DNA from: Felis catus | Taxonomy: Eukaryota | Length of the DNA stretch: 64,000 nucleotides | Assembly (NCBI RefSeq): GCF_018350175.1 | Contig: NC_058369.1 | Location: 12,464,001 to 12,528,000, forward strand | Direction: 5' to 3' | Shown here: positions 16,661 through 28,250 of the stretch, piece by piece | How positions within the stretch are numbered: the stretch's first letter is position 1 | How the letters are laid out: each line of letters starts with the position of its first letter | Made by a program: the position numbers and the translations under genes | The notes under the pieces: generated by a model | Told to the model about the DNA's origin: nothing | The model's database searches: none | Seen by the model: the letters and a program-made list of their open reading frames with translations, nothing else

Positions 16661-19600
16661 TAGTTTATTTATTCTGAGACAGAGAGAAAGCATGCAAATG
16701 GGGAAGGGGTAGAGAGGGAGAGACAGAGAGAATGCCAAACAGGTTCCATGCTGTCAGCACAGAGCCTTATGCAGGGCTGGAACTGATGAACTGTGAGATC
16801 ATGTCCTGAGCTGAAATCGAGAGTCGGACACTTAACTGGGACCCCCAGGCACCCCAAAGGTTTTATTTTTACGCAATCTCTATACCCGATGTGGGGCTCT
16901 AACTCACAATCCCGAGATCAAGAGTCTCATGCTTTGCCAACTGAGCCAGCCAGGTGCCCCCAGCACAGAGATAGCTTTAAAACAAAACAAAACAAAACAA
17001 AACAAAGACTTGTCTTGAACACTGAGATGAAGCAGTAAATGCAGGTATGCTCTGGTGGACATGGGGTGAAGGACCCAGAACGTTCCCATTTGGTTTCTCC
17101 TGCAAATCCTCAGGTTCCTAGGAACACAGTTTGGAAACCATTGTTCTTGGGAGCCTATCCTCCTAGCCACGGATAGGAGATCTTGGCTTATCAGGGCTGC
17201 AGGACATCGGGACATCAGCCAGCTCATTCCTCTGTCGCCATGTGATGTTCAACATTGTTGCCCATAAGAATCACCCAGGAACATCAAAAAATCCATAAGC
17301 CCAGCCACACCCCAGACTGGCCAACCGAGATGCTCTGGGGTGGGGCGCTGCTGTCTGATTTGTAAAGTTGCAGGCCGATGCACTGAGCCATCTTCTTGAG
17401 AGAGAGGATTCCTTTTCCTCTCCGCTAAGCAGAACCATCCTTCGTTGTTGTTGTTGTTGCCTTGGGCTCATAGGAAGACTCAATTTAGTATCATTTATGA
17501 GTGTGTGTCCTCCGTTACAGAAACCGAAATAAGTTACATTTTTTCCGTTGTTTATTTTATAACAGCTTTATTGGGCTCTAATTCATATACTACCCAATTC
17601 ACCCATTTAAAGCATCCCGTTCATTGGTTTTTAGTATATTCACAGAATTGTGCGACCATCCCCTCCGAAAGAAACCTCTATCCTTTAACTGTCACTCTCC
17701 ATTCTCCCCCATTCCCTCTAGCCCGAGGCAACCTCTCATCTACTTCCTGTTGGTGTTAACAATTAAGTTGGGGTGTCTGGGTGGCTCCGTCGGTTGAGCG
17801 TCCGACTTTGGCTCAGGTCATGATCTCACAGTCTGTGAGTTCGAGCCCTGTGTTGGGCTCTGTGCTGACAGCTCAGAGCCCGGAGCCTGCATCTGATTCT
17901 GTCTCTCTCTCTCTCTCTCTCTCTCTGCTCCTCCCCCGCTCACACACTGTCTCTCTCTCCTTCAAAAATAAATAAACATTAAAAGAAAAATTTAAAAAAG
18001 AACAATTAAGTAAAATACCAAGACCCATGGTAGAATGAAGTCCACAGGGTTGTGGGAGCCCAGAGGCAGGAGTGACCGACTCAGCAGAGCCAGGAAGCCT
18101 TCCTAGAGGAGGTGGCATTTGTGCTTGGCCCCTTCTGCTTGTGTGTCTTTATTTCTTCCGGGCCACTAGCTCGTAACAGAAAATAACAAGTGTTGGCGAG
18201 GATGTGGAGAAGGTGGAACCCTCATGCCCTGTTGGTGGGAATGTGAAATCGTGCAACGGTTGTGGGAAACAATATGGCAGTTCCTCAAACAATTAAGCAT
18301 AGGGCGCCTGGGTGGCTCAGTCCGTTGGGCGTCTGACTCTTGATTCTGTCTCAGGTCATGGACTCGTGGTTCGTAAGTTCGAGTCCCATGCTGGGCTCAG
18401 TGCTGGCAGTGCAGAGCCTGCCTGGGATTTTCTCTCTCCCTCTCTCTCTCTCTGGCCCTCCCCTACTCTCTCTCTCTCTCTCTCAAAATAAATAAATAAG
18501 TAAATATTTAAAACTTAAAAAAAAATGTTAATATAGAATTACCATATGACCCATCAATTCCACTTCTGGATATGTCACCACAAGAGTTGAAACCAGGAAC
18601 TCGGATAGATATTCGTACATGCCGTGTTCTTCACGGCATTATTCACAATAGCCAAAAGGTGGGAACAGCTCAGACGTCCATCGGTGGATGAGTTGAAGAA
18701 ACAAAATGTGGTCTAACCATTCACTGGGATATTTTTCAACCTTAAAAAAGGAGGAATTCTAACACTAGCAGTGCTCCAACACGAGCGTGCCTTGAGGACA
18801 TCACGCTAAGGAAAATAAGCCAGACTACGAAAGGACAGATACTGTGTGATCCCACCTACACGGGGTCCCTAGAGGGGTCAGATTCACAGAGACCGAAAGT
18901 AGAATGGTGGACGCCAGGGGCTGAAGGGAGAGAACGGGGAGGTAAGTGTTTAACGGGGACAGAGTTTCAGTTGGGGACGATGAAAAAGCCCTGGAGGTGG
19001 ATGGCGATGATGGTTGCACCAACAGTGGGAATGTGCCTAATGCCCCTGAGCTGTGCACTTACAAAATGGTGAAAGTGGTACATTTCGTGTATATTTCACC
19101 GCAACAATAAAAATTTAAAAGGAGGGAGAGACGGAGAGGCCGGGCGTGAGCCTGTAGGGATCTTGGCATCAGCCCGAGGCAGCAGCAGCCCTATTGAAGT
19201 GTTCCCATCTGCACTTGGCTCTATCTCCACGCCTCCCTCTCTTTGTGGGGATAATGAGAGTGATCACTTGGCGGTGGGTATCAACGACGATTGAAGGAGT
19301 CCTTCACGTAGATGTGAACCCGGTGTCTGCGACCTGGAGCTGCCTGCTAACTGGGAGCTGGCATTACCAATCATTGCCACCTCTCTGAGCACAGAGGAGA
19401 GAGGCCCGACCCAGCTCTGCCTTTCCTCTGTGTGACCTCAGGCATGTGTCCCGCCTCCCTGAGCCTGGGTTCTTCCTCTGAAATGGGCGAGCAGCAAGGC
19501 ATGGGGCGGGCGCTCTGCAAAGGCAGCTGAATTAGGATAAGCTGACCAGAGGGCATGGGGACAAAGCACGCTCTTGGCATCCCAGTGACGGCCTCTTCCC

Positions 19601-22600
19601 CCCGCCCCCCAGGAGCAGTCGAGCTGTCCCGGCGCCATCCCTTGGCGTCCTGGCTGTGCGCCATGCTGCACTGCTTCGGGAGTTACATCTTGGCGGATCT
19701 GCTCCTCGGGGAGCCCCTGATCGACTACTTCAGCAACAATTCCAGCGTCCTGCTGGCCTCGGCCGTCTGGTAAGCACTGTCAAGCTGGTGGGGTGTGGGA
19801 GAGCAGAGCCGGGGGCAGGGGTGACCCAGCCACCTGGGAGGTGGGAGGCGGGAGGTTGGAGGAAATAGGACCCATCGGCACAACCTCCACCGTGGGCCTG
19901 AACGCACTGCTCTCCGCTGCCCAGCTCTGTCCGGAGCCCAACAAGTTGGGGGAGAGGGGAGGTCTGGACCCAACCTCCCAGGGACCCCCCACGGTCTGTC
20001 TCCCCCTGACGCTCCTCATTCTCTCCCCAAAGGTACTTGATTTTCTTCTGCCCCCTGGACCTCTTTTACAAGTGTGTCTGCTTCTTACCTGTGAAACTTA
20101 TATTTGTGGCCATGAAGGAGGTAGTCAGAGTCCGAAAGATCGCCGTGGGCATCCATCACGCCCACCACCACTACCACCATGGGTGGTTCGTCATGATTGC
20201 CACCGGCTGGGTCAAAGGTAAACAGGACCATGATAACGATGGAAAAATCACCTCGGTTAAGAACCCCTGCTCAGTGTGCTACATGTCGGGCACCCAGGTC
20301 GGCATAGATATTGGTCCAGGCTAAGGGGTGTCAGGACTGTTGCGGGAGTCCAGTGTCTTTAGCCAACACCTTTAGAGTAAATGGGAAAATTCTTCCGGAA
20401 TTTAGCTGTCAAAGATTAACAGGACAACGAGACAGTGACGGCTGAGTCTCTCGAGCACGTTTTCTCAGCTGCAACACTTCTGATGTTTGGTGCCAGATCA
20501 CCCTCTGGGGGGGGGGGGGGCTGTCCCGTGCGTTGTAACATGTAGAGCAACATCCCTGGCCTCCCCCCACCAGAAGTCAGTAGCACCCGCCAGCCTAACA
20601 ACCAGAAGTGTCTCCAGATGTTGCCAAATGCTTCCTGGAGAAGAAATCACACCCCTGTAACTATAGGGGTTCTTAACCTTTGTGGACCATGGCCCTTTTT
20701 GAGTCCGGGAAAGCCTTTTGTGTTTGTAAGTGCATAAAATGAAATATATATGATGACAGAAGAGGCCCGTTATTTCAAAATAGGCATCAAACAAAGTTTC
20801 AGTATGGCATAGTCATTTTATACATCTCTACCGAGGCACTCAATAACAGACCATTCGTTAGCAAATAGGGAATTCTCAACCTTTTGAAGTGCTGTCCAGC
20901 ACAAACGATATTATGAAACCATCTGCAACCATGGGAACGTGAAAAGGAAATAAATCTGTGGATTCTGTTGGTGATGGAGTCACAGACTTGCAAATCCTGC
21001 TCAGCTCACTACCTCCCTTCACGATGGAAGGAAAGGTTGTGTTTCAGTGAGGGGCGTGAAAAAGATGTAGTTCGGTTTCCTGTCCGTGTTCATGGATGCC
21101 CAGTGAAGACTTTATGACCCAGGACAGGTTTGAGTTGAGCCCTTTGTGCATCTTACCCCATTTGATCCTTAAGACCCTGCTTTAGAAGTCTAATGTCATC
21201 CCCTTTCACTGAGGAAGGAAATGAAATCACTTGCCCGCGGTCACACAGCTAAGGGAGTGCCGCGAGGTCTGTCTCTAGGTCCTCTGAATTCACCGTCCAC
21301 ATTCTTAACTACTCTGAAGGCCTCCTTTCCCCTCTCCTCTAGCTATGCTAGGAGGTAGACCAAGACAGACTTTAAAACAAACAAACAAAAATGCTACTAA
21401 AAATAAAGAGGGGTACTTTATAATGACAGGTCGATCCACGAGGAAGATGTAACAATTACAAACATGTATGCACCTAAAAACACCAAAATATATAAAGCAC
21501 GAACTGAGAGAAGTTAAAGGAGAAGTAGACAATTTGACAATAATAGTTGGAGAGGTGGACCAAGGGGTAAAAGGAAGACAGGGAAAGAAGGTTCAAGCAG
21601 GTGCTAACACCACTGGACACCTCATCCCTGCTGCCTAATACCAAAGTGTGTACTGCGAAAATATCGGGGCCTAGACTCACCCTCCACTGAGCTCCAGCGT
21701 ACTCCACACCATTGACACGTGGGGCTGGATCATGCTCTGAGGTGGAGGCTGTCTTGTGCTTTATAGGATGTTGAGCAGCATTCCTGGCCTTTGCTGACCA
21801 GTAGCAGCCCCCTCCCCAGTTGCAACAACCAAAAGTGTTTCCAGACATTTCCAAGTGCCTCCTTAGGGGCAAAATCACTCCACATATGAACCCCTGGTCC
21901 AGTGGTACATACTAGGCACCTCAATTAGCATAGCTACTCCTGGAGTAGCTCTAGGAGTCCAACCTCTTTAACCAATACATTTGGGGTAAATGGAAAGATT
22001 CTTCTAGAATGATAATCATTTATGTCTGCATATGGGTCTCCTTATTTACTCTCCAGGAAGCCTATACTACAGAGCAAATTCCGTAGAGTTACAGCATGCC
22101 TCCTGGAGGGCAAGTGGCTTAAGAAAGATTGAGAGTTCAGAGCCCTGAGGAGGAGAGACACTGGGATGGGGAGGCTTCTGGAAGCCTTATGCACAGCTCA
22201 GGATCCGGGACTCCCTAAGGGCATCAGGGCAGACAACCCAGATTTGTCTGAGACATACCTTGCAGATGGGATATGACCTCAATTCATGGTAGTTTTGCTC
22301 CGAATATGCCGTGTGACCCTCTCTGAGCCTCAGTTTCCCTGCTGCAACTGATGAACAGACCCCCAGGCTCAGTGTCCCTCTGGAGAAGCTGCTTCCTTGG
22401 GAATTCAGCTGAGAAGAATGGGGGAACTGGAGGTGGCAGGCTCATTCAGGGGCACCCTGTCTCGTAGGCTCTGGTGTCGCCCTCATGTCCAAATTTGAGC
22501 AGCTGCTCCGAGGGGTCTGGAAGCCGGAGACCAATGAGATCCTGCACATGTCCTTGTGAGTATCCCATTTCCGCCCCTCCTCCTTCCTGTATGTACAGGT

Positions 22601-25305
22601 GCCTCTTGGGCCTGACCCTGGGTTGGATACTCCTGGTGACTTGGAAGCCTCAGCCACCGATTCTGTCTTCCAGAAGCTTCCAGAGGTCAAGGCTGGGGGA
22701 CCCAGAAACGGGGAACCAGGGCTCTGCCCAGGGGGGAGGGGCAGGCAGAGCTGTAGGGAGATGAGATACTTGACTCGGGTTATGAAGAGTGAGTAGGAGT
22801 TTTCTGGCAAAGGAGGAACCTCTGGACAGAGGCCAGCACCTCTGCCACCTGTCAAGTGAGAAAAGAGCAATGATTCTGCCCAGCTCTGGGGGGTCAGGGT
22901 ACAGAGTATGGATGCGGAGTGAGGAGTACAGAGCAGGGGGTACAGAGCATTGGTGGAGAGCGTATGGCACAGAGCGTGGATGGGGAATGTGGCTGGGACG
23001 AGGTGGGCAGAGCCAGCTGCATCCAGGACTCAGCGTAGGGCCTCATGCTGCATGTAGCCCATACATTGCTTTTTTTTTAAAGATTTTGTTTTTAAGGCAT
23101 CTCTACACCCCACGCAGAGCTCGAACTCACAACCCAAGATCAAGAGTCACACATCCCACCAACTGAGCCAGCCAGGGGCCCCTGTAGCCTATACATTTTT
23201 AAAAGACCTAACTGGTTTGGGCTAGTTCAATTTTCTCCCAATCGACAACAAATAAAAACCATGGCCATTTAAAATATGACAAAATTAGGGGCGCCTGGGT
23301 GGCTCAGTCGGTTGACGTCTGACTTCGGCTCAGGTCATGATCTCACAGCTCGTGAGTTCGAGCCTTGAGTCGGGCTCTGTGCTGACAGCTCGGAGCCCGG
23401 AGCCTGCTTCGGATTCTGCGTCTCCCCCTCTCTCTGCCCCTAACCCACTCGCATTCTGTCTCTCTCTCTCTCAAAAATAAATAAACATTAAAAAAAATTT
23501 TTAAATACGACAAAATTAAAAGGCTTGCCCATACACCCATGACAATTCCCATTTCACACCTCGGAAGAGAGAATTCGCTCATTTCACCCCCCCACGAAAG
23601 TGTATTCCCACCCTCGGGCCACTGACAAGGAAACGGGGACCCAGACAGCTAGCTGTGTTGTCTGCAACCAAGTGGGCAGGTGGTTTCCCCCCTTGGATTC
23701 CTTTTCCGCCTCATCAGCTGAGGGTGAGGGGCCCCCAGGAACCACACGGATAGATTCCGCAGCACCGGTCCCTGGCGGGCGAGTGCTTTGGAAATACCAG
23801 GCAGAATTATCATCATTAAGGACGGCGGTGCACAACAGACATCAGGAACGGAAGTCACGGGTCTGTCTTCTGCAACAAGTTAAAATATTGAAAACCTATC
23901 CCGTAAGGAAGTTAAGAAAGAAGAACCTCTCTGGGCCCTGTTAACCCTTTACTGTGCAGGGAGACACCACCGTGTCCGTGCCATGCAGGCCCCTTCCCAC
24001 CTCATGCTCAGGAGAAGCTGGGATGTGAGCTGGGGCCGGCAGTGGGCAGGCGGGGTCGGGGCCAGAGGTAAAAAGGCCTGGGCTGCGTGGCTGGCGCCTC
24101 GCGGTAACTGAGGCTGCCCCCTCCAGCCCCACAAAGGCCAGCCTGTATGGAGCCATACTCTTCACCCTGCAGCAGACCCGCTGGCTCCCCGTGTCCAAAG
24201 CCAGCCTTACCTTCATCTTCACCGTGTTCATGGTGTCCTGTAAGGTAAGTCTTGCTGCCCTGACCCACCCCAACCCGCACCTTCCAGGCTGGGAGCTCGG
24301 GCTTGTAGTCTTGTGTCCCAGAAAGGACAGCCCTAAGGCAGGGGGCTGGGGAAGGGGGTGCCAGGAGGTCTGCGTGGGAAGAAGGTCTGATAAGAGGAGT
24401 GCCCAGCAGGTAGGGGACTGGGTGAGAAGAATAAGGCCTCTGGGCAGAGGGCCCAGCTTAAGAGTGGGGCAGGAATGTACGAAGTCCATTTGGAGAATCG
24501 GGGGGTGGGGGGGGAGCTTGTGCCTTGGCAGTGGAGAGCTGAGGGATGAGACCCAGGGAAGGCACACTCAGGACACAGGGGACCCAGGCTAGGCCAGGAG
24601 GGGGCTGGTCTGATCCTGAGGCCTTGAGCTGGGGTTGACTCACCCAGGGGGGGTCTTCAGGGACCACACTGCCTTCCCCATGCATCTGGGGAGCGTGGCT
24701 GCTGGCTGGCTGGCGGGGAGGGGACCCATAGGCCATTGAAAAGGGGAAGGCAGTGAGTAACCTCAGGCCAAGCACTGTTCCTCTCTGAGCCCAGGTGGGA
24801 GGCAAGGGGGGAGATCGCCTGTTTCCATGTGCCCGATGCTATGTGGGTTTCAACACCGGAAGTTCGTATCCCGGGAAACCTGGGACAGTTGGTCACCCTC
24901 CCGGGGGTGCATAAAGCCGGGGGGGGGGGGTCTGGGCTACCTCTGACCTTAACCTGGCTGACCTTCTCTCCCCTCTTCCCTCTCCCATCCCCCCACTTTG
25001 CTTTCTGCCTCGGTTTCCCTCTGTCTCTCTCGCTGTCTCCCTGCCCCCCTTCCATCCCACCTCAGGTGTTCCTGACGGCCACTCACTCTCATGGCTCCCC
25101 TTTTGATGTTCTGGAGGGCTACATCTGCCCTGTGCTGTTTGGGGCTGCCTGGGGGGATGACCATTACCACGACAACCATGGTGGGTCCCACGGCGGGTCC
25201 CACGGCGGCGGCGGGCCCGGCTCCCCGCACTCAGCCCTGCCTGCTAAGTCCAAGGAGGAGCTGAGCGAGGGCTCCAGGAAGAAGAAAACCAAGAAGGCAG
25301 ATTAG
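6527..25305 (+). CDS. TMEM38A: TMEM38A / TRIC-A trimeric intracellular cation channel type A, complete, 303 aa: join(6527-6650, 19613-19769, 20033-20217, 22468-22555, 24127-24244, 25066-25305)
   Basis: [30 protein letters not shown]...KEVVRVRKI...WVKGSGVAL...KKKTKKAD*; exon sizes 124+157+185+88+118+240=912 nt; all introns GT-AG. Confidence 0.98.
8590..8740. mobile_element. MER45-like hAT-Tip100 relic
   Basis: aagaatctcaagacagtgacagcagaacactaaac...gcacaggtagcacacctgtgaagccg resembles the recalled MER45A consensus. Confidence 0.5.
9427..9649 (-). mobile_element. SINEC_Fc inserted in an old L1 3' fragment
   Basis: Full SINE; TSD tctagaacagtttt at 9413 and 9650. Confidence 0.9.
9650..10220 (-). 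mobile_element. Old L1 (L1M-type) 3' end fragment
   Basis: ccctggcaaccactgatcattttactgtctccatggttttgccttttgcagactgtcat is typical antisense L1 3' UTR. Confidence 0.7.
10800..11024 (+). mobile_element. Young SINEC_Fc
   Basis: CpG-intact body, pure A tail, perfect TSD agacaagcatcagaag (10785, 11025). Confidence 0.95.
11699..12056. promoter_or_regulatory. Candidate muscle enhancer in TMEM38A intron 1
   Basis: MEF2 site TTATTTTTAG 11699-11708; E-boxes at 11746, 11774, 11798; ERR-like CCAAGGTCA 12044-12052. Confidence 0.45.
12178..12398 (+). mobile_element. SINEC_Fc
   Basis: Head ggggtgcctgggtggctcagtcggttaagcg, CT tract, A tail. Confidence 0.9.
12400..12910. mobile_element. L1 3' fragments (+ then -)
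   Basis: gaatggataaataccttgtg... on the plus strand; ggcaaccagtaacctgctgtctgtttctatggatttgcc... antisense. Confidence 0.65.
13295..14083 (-). mobile_element. Two antisense SINECs (~13295-13519, ~13860-14083) with an L1 fragment between them
   Basis: Reverse-complement SINE bodies ending caggtgcccc and caggcgcccc. Confidence 0.85.
15093..15585 (+). mobile_element. Two adjacent young SINEC_Fc copies (15093-15312, 15348-15585)
   Basis: Near-identical bodies; separate TSDs agaaacaaagtaacc and aaaaaaacaacaacaaca. Confidence 0.95.
15910..16960. mobile_element. SINEC cluster (15910-16018 +, 16140-16361 -, 16631-16855 -, 16860-16960 -)
   Basis: SINE heads and tails; TSD tataaacttac around 16140-16361. 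Confidence 0.85.
17769..18000 (+). mobile_element. SINEC
   Basis: TSD aacaattaagt on both sides. Confidence 0.9.
18170..19120 (+). mobile_element. L1 (L1MA/MB-type) 3' end interrupted by a SINEC at 18302-18525
   Basis: aataacaagtgttggcgaggatgtggagaa..., agaattaccatatgacccatcaattccacttctgg..., ends aataaaaatttaaaa. Confidence 0.85.
19613..19769 (+). CDS. TMEM38A: TMEM38A exon 2
   Basis: [55 protein letters not shown] acceptor, GTAAG donor. Confidence 0.97.
20033..20217 (+). CDS. TMEM38A: TMEM38A exon 3
   Basis: [63 protein letters not shown] acceptor, GTAAAC donor. Confidence 0.97.
20455..21130 (+). mobile_element. MER20 (~20455-20660) followed by a Charlie4a-like hAT element (~20665-21130)
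   Basis: MER20 core gtgtctccagatgttgccaaatg; Charlie4a-like start ggggttcttaacctttgtggaccatgg. Confidence 0.6.
21342..21555 (+). mobile_element. Degenerate L1 ORF2 endonuclease-region fragment
   Basis: gacagactttaaaac...aaagaggggtactttataatgacagg...aacatgtatgcacctaa...acaataatagttggaga. Confidence 0.75.
22468..22555 (+). CDS. TMEM38A: TMEM38A exon 4
   Basis: [33 protein letters not shown] acceptor, GTGAGT donor. Confidence 0.96.
23069..23503. mobile_element. Short antisense SINEC (23069-23181) and full sense SINEC (23288-23503)
   Basis: SINE bodies; TSD aaata(t/c)gacaaaatta around the second. Confidence 0.85.
24127..24244 (+). CDS. TMEM38A: TMEM38A exon 5
   Basis: [42 protein letters not shown] acceptor, GTAAGT donor. 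Confidence 0.97.
25066..25305 (+). CDS. TMEM38A: TMEM38A exon 6 coding part with stop TAG
   Basis: [26 protein letters not shown]...[19 protein letters not shown]; preceded by a long polypyrimidine tract and CAG. Confidence 0.97.
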   Translation: MFLTATHSHGSPFDVLEGYICPVLFGAAWGDDHYHDNHGGSHGGSHGGGGPGSPHSALPAKSKEELSEGSRKKKTKKAD

Positions 25306-26651
25306 TGGGTGGCCCAGAGGCCTTGTGGGGTGCCGGGGAGAAGACCCAGACCCAGGACCCTCAGAGTTGGTGTGGGCGCCTCCTGGGCTCAGCTTTCCCC
25401 TCTCCGGGCCTTGACGTCCCAGTCTACAAACTGGGGCCATCAGCCCACCCTCCAGGGCTGATGGGGGCGGGGGGCGTTAAATGAGATATGGGGCTGAGGG
25501 GCATTTGTGGGAATGGAGGGGTCCCTCTCTTTCTGCCAGGCCACCATAGCGACCCAGCTTTATTCGGGGGGGAGGCCCACAGAATCCTGGCAGCAGCTCC
25601 AGCCAGAAACTCTAGCAGTATATTCTTGCTCCATCATTTCCTCTCTAAAATTACATCTTGACTCCGAAAGAATTTCAGGTCAGGTTGAGAGTCACGAATT
25701 TGATGGCCATTTCCTAAGTACCTGCTGGGAGGCGGCTGCTATGACCTTCCACGTCTCTTCTTGCCCACCCCTCCTGGAAGGCACCGGGCAAGTTGCCTCC
25801 TCCAAGCCTTCCGTTCCCCATCCGTACGGTGGGGACCCCCAGCCCTCCTCCTTATGGAAGTGTTGGTGTGCGCCTGGATGTGAACCAGCCTTATAAACTC
25901 TTAAGCACCACGCAGTCGGGAGGGGAGGCCTTGACGGATGTTCACCATGCTTGGGAGCGGCTTTGCATTTTAGATGATTTGTGTTTGCGGATCGGAGAAC
26001 CCCACAAGTTACCTGGCACAAAGGGGGCCTTCGGTAGACACACCTAGGCCAGTCTGGAGAGCTTGGAGGGTGGGGGAGGCTCGTTCTGACCTTTGGCTTC
26101 AGGCTGGTGCTAAACCAAAGAAATGCAGTTGGCCGGGCAGGGGTCCCAAGATCCAGCTCTGTGAAGGGGCTCCGAGCACCTGCTGTTGGGCCCTAGAAGC
26201 GTCAGGCCTCCCTCATGCCTGCGTCCTCCACTGATTGGCTGAATCAGAAGAGTCGGCTTGCTCTGTGCTGGGCATCTTGCTGCCGCTGGGCCCAGGACAT
26301 GCGTCAGGGTGAGTGAGGGGAACGATAGCTGAGCCCCCACCCCCTGCCCCCGGCCTCCTTCATCTCAACCTGTGTTGCCAGGACATCCAAGCAGGGGTGG
26401 GTAGATGAGGTGTGGCCAGTCTCAGGTGGGGTTTTGGCCCAGACTGGGCCCGCTTAGAGCTGTCCTCTGCACGTGGGTACTCAGCCTACAGCTGCGTCAA
26501 GATCAGGGCGGGGTCAGCAGGGCCCCGGATGTTGCCCGGCTGTTGGGAAAGTGCCTTGATCCTGTGACACCTGGGAGGGAGCTGGGTGGGTCCCGAAGCT
26601 CCGAATTCATCCTCTTGCATGTTTGTCAAGGCTCGGCATGAAGGTTCAGCA

Positions 26652-26657
26652 AATAAA
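26652..26657 (+). terminator. TMEM38A: Probable TMEM38A polyadenylation signal (3' UTR ~1.37 kb)
   Basis: First AATAAA I found after the stop codon, followed ~20 nt later by a U/GU-rich tract (ttgtctcttgccttgtctgatt). Confidence 0.7.
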
Positions 26658-26990
26658 TCGGTTGTGAAAGAACCCTTGTCTCTTGCCTTGTCTGATTCAT
26701 TCCTGCTCTTTAGGCCTCAGGACACAGGGGGGTTCTGTATCCTCAGAGACATTCAGCGTTTCCAGGAAGATGAGGCTCACGGCAGTCCCAAGTCGGGATG
26801 GAGCCTGTGGGTGAAGTCTGGGGTTTGGAGTTCAAATATTTACTGTGTCACCAACAGGTCACGGGGCCTCCCCCTCTCCAAGCCAGTTTGCCTTTTGGGG
26901 GCAAAGAGGGTGATGATTATCACTGCCCTTTGTAGGCAGATGGGAGGATTATTGGGTGATTGGGGTTTGCAGCTCAGTCTGTACAGGACC

Positions 26991-27227
26991 TTGTTTTTTG
27001 TTTTTTGTTTTATTTTTTTTTTAACGTTTATTTATTATTGAGAGACAGAGAGACACAGAGCATGAGCAAGGGAGGGGCTGAGAGATGGAGAGACACAGAA
27101 TCTGAAGCAGGCTCCAGGCTCCGAGCTGTCAGCACAGAGCCCCACGCAGGGCTCAAACTCACAAACCACGAGATCATGACCTAAGCCGAAGTCAGATGCT
27201 TAACCGACTGAGCCACCCAGGCACCCC
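26991..27227 (-). mobile_element. SINEC_Fc
   Basis: Reverse SINE; TSD gta(c)aggaccttgtt-like. Confidence 0.9.
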
Positions 27228-27385
27228 ATGTGTAGGACCTTGTTAAGAGCACAACTTGGGAATCACACATCTGATAACGGGATTATATCCAGAATATATA
27301 AAGAATTCTCAAAAGTCAATAAATAGCCTGATTAAAAATGAGCAAAGGATTTGAATGGACACTTTGACGTTGAGGATATACAGAT

Positions 27386-27387
<2 letters not shown>

Positions 27388-27427
<40 letters not shown>
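27388..27427. repeat. (CA)~20 microsatellite
   Basis: Direct read. Confidence 0.95.
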
Positions 27428-27431
<4 letters not shown>

Positions 27432-27727
27432 TCACATGAAAAGATGCTCAACATCCTTAGCCAACCAGGAAATGGGTGGGAAGATACCCAGTTCGCATTC
27501 TCTAGGATGGTTAAATTAAAAGCACTGCCCGGGGCGCCTGGGTGGCTCAGTTGGTTAAGCGTCCGACTTCGGCTCAGGTCTTGATCTCGTGGCTTGTGAG
27601 TTCGAGCCCTACGTCAGGCTCTGTGCTGACAGCTCGAAGCCTGGAGGCTGCTTCGGATTCTGTCTCTCTCTGCCCCCCCCTAACTCGCACACTGTCCCTT
27701 TCTATCAAATATAAATAAACATTTAAA

Positions 27728-27787
27728 TTTATATATATATATTTATATATATATATATTTATATATATATAAATATATATATATATA
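27728..27787. repeat. (TA)n microsatellite grown from a SINE tail
   Basis: Direct read. Confidence 0.9.
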
Positions 27788-28208
27788 AAAGACTGCCCAT
27801 ACTGGCGAGGATGTGTGGAGCAAGAGGAACGCTCATATTCCACGGGCGGGAGTGTAAAATGGCGTGGCCACTTTGGAAGACAGTGGCAGTTTCTTCAAAA
27901 ATAGTGTGTTCACTTGTCAAATAACCCAGCTGTTCTACTCAGGTACTTGCCCGGGAGCAACGAAAATATGTATGTGTCCCTACAAAGACATGTACACCAA
28001 CATTCATAGCGGCTTTGTAATAGCCCCAAGCTGGAAACAACAAACAAACGTCCATCAAAAGCTGAGTGGACGAGGGGCGTCTGGGTGGCTCAGTCAGTTA
28101 AGCACCCAACTCTTGACTTCGGCTCAGGTCACAATCTCACAGTTTGTGGGGTCGAGTCCCACATCAGGCTCTGTGCTGACAGTGTGGAGTGGAGCCTGCT
28201 TGGGATCC

Positions 28209-28250
<42 letters not shown>

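Noticed and set aside
23941..24567. 208-aa antisense ORF over TMEM38A exon 5
   Set aside because: GC-rich antisense shadow with no homology or gene structure.
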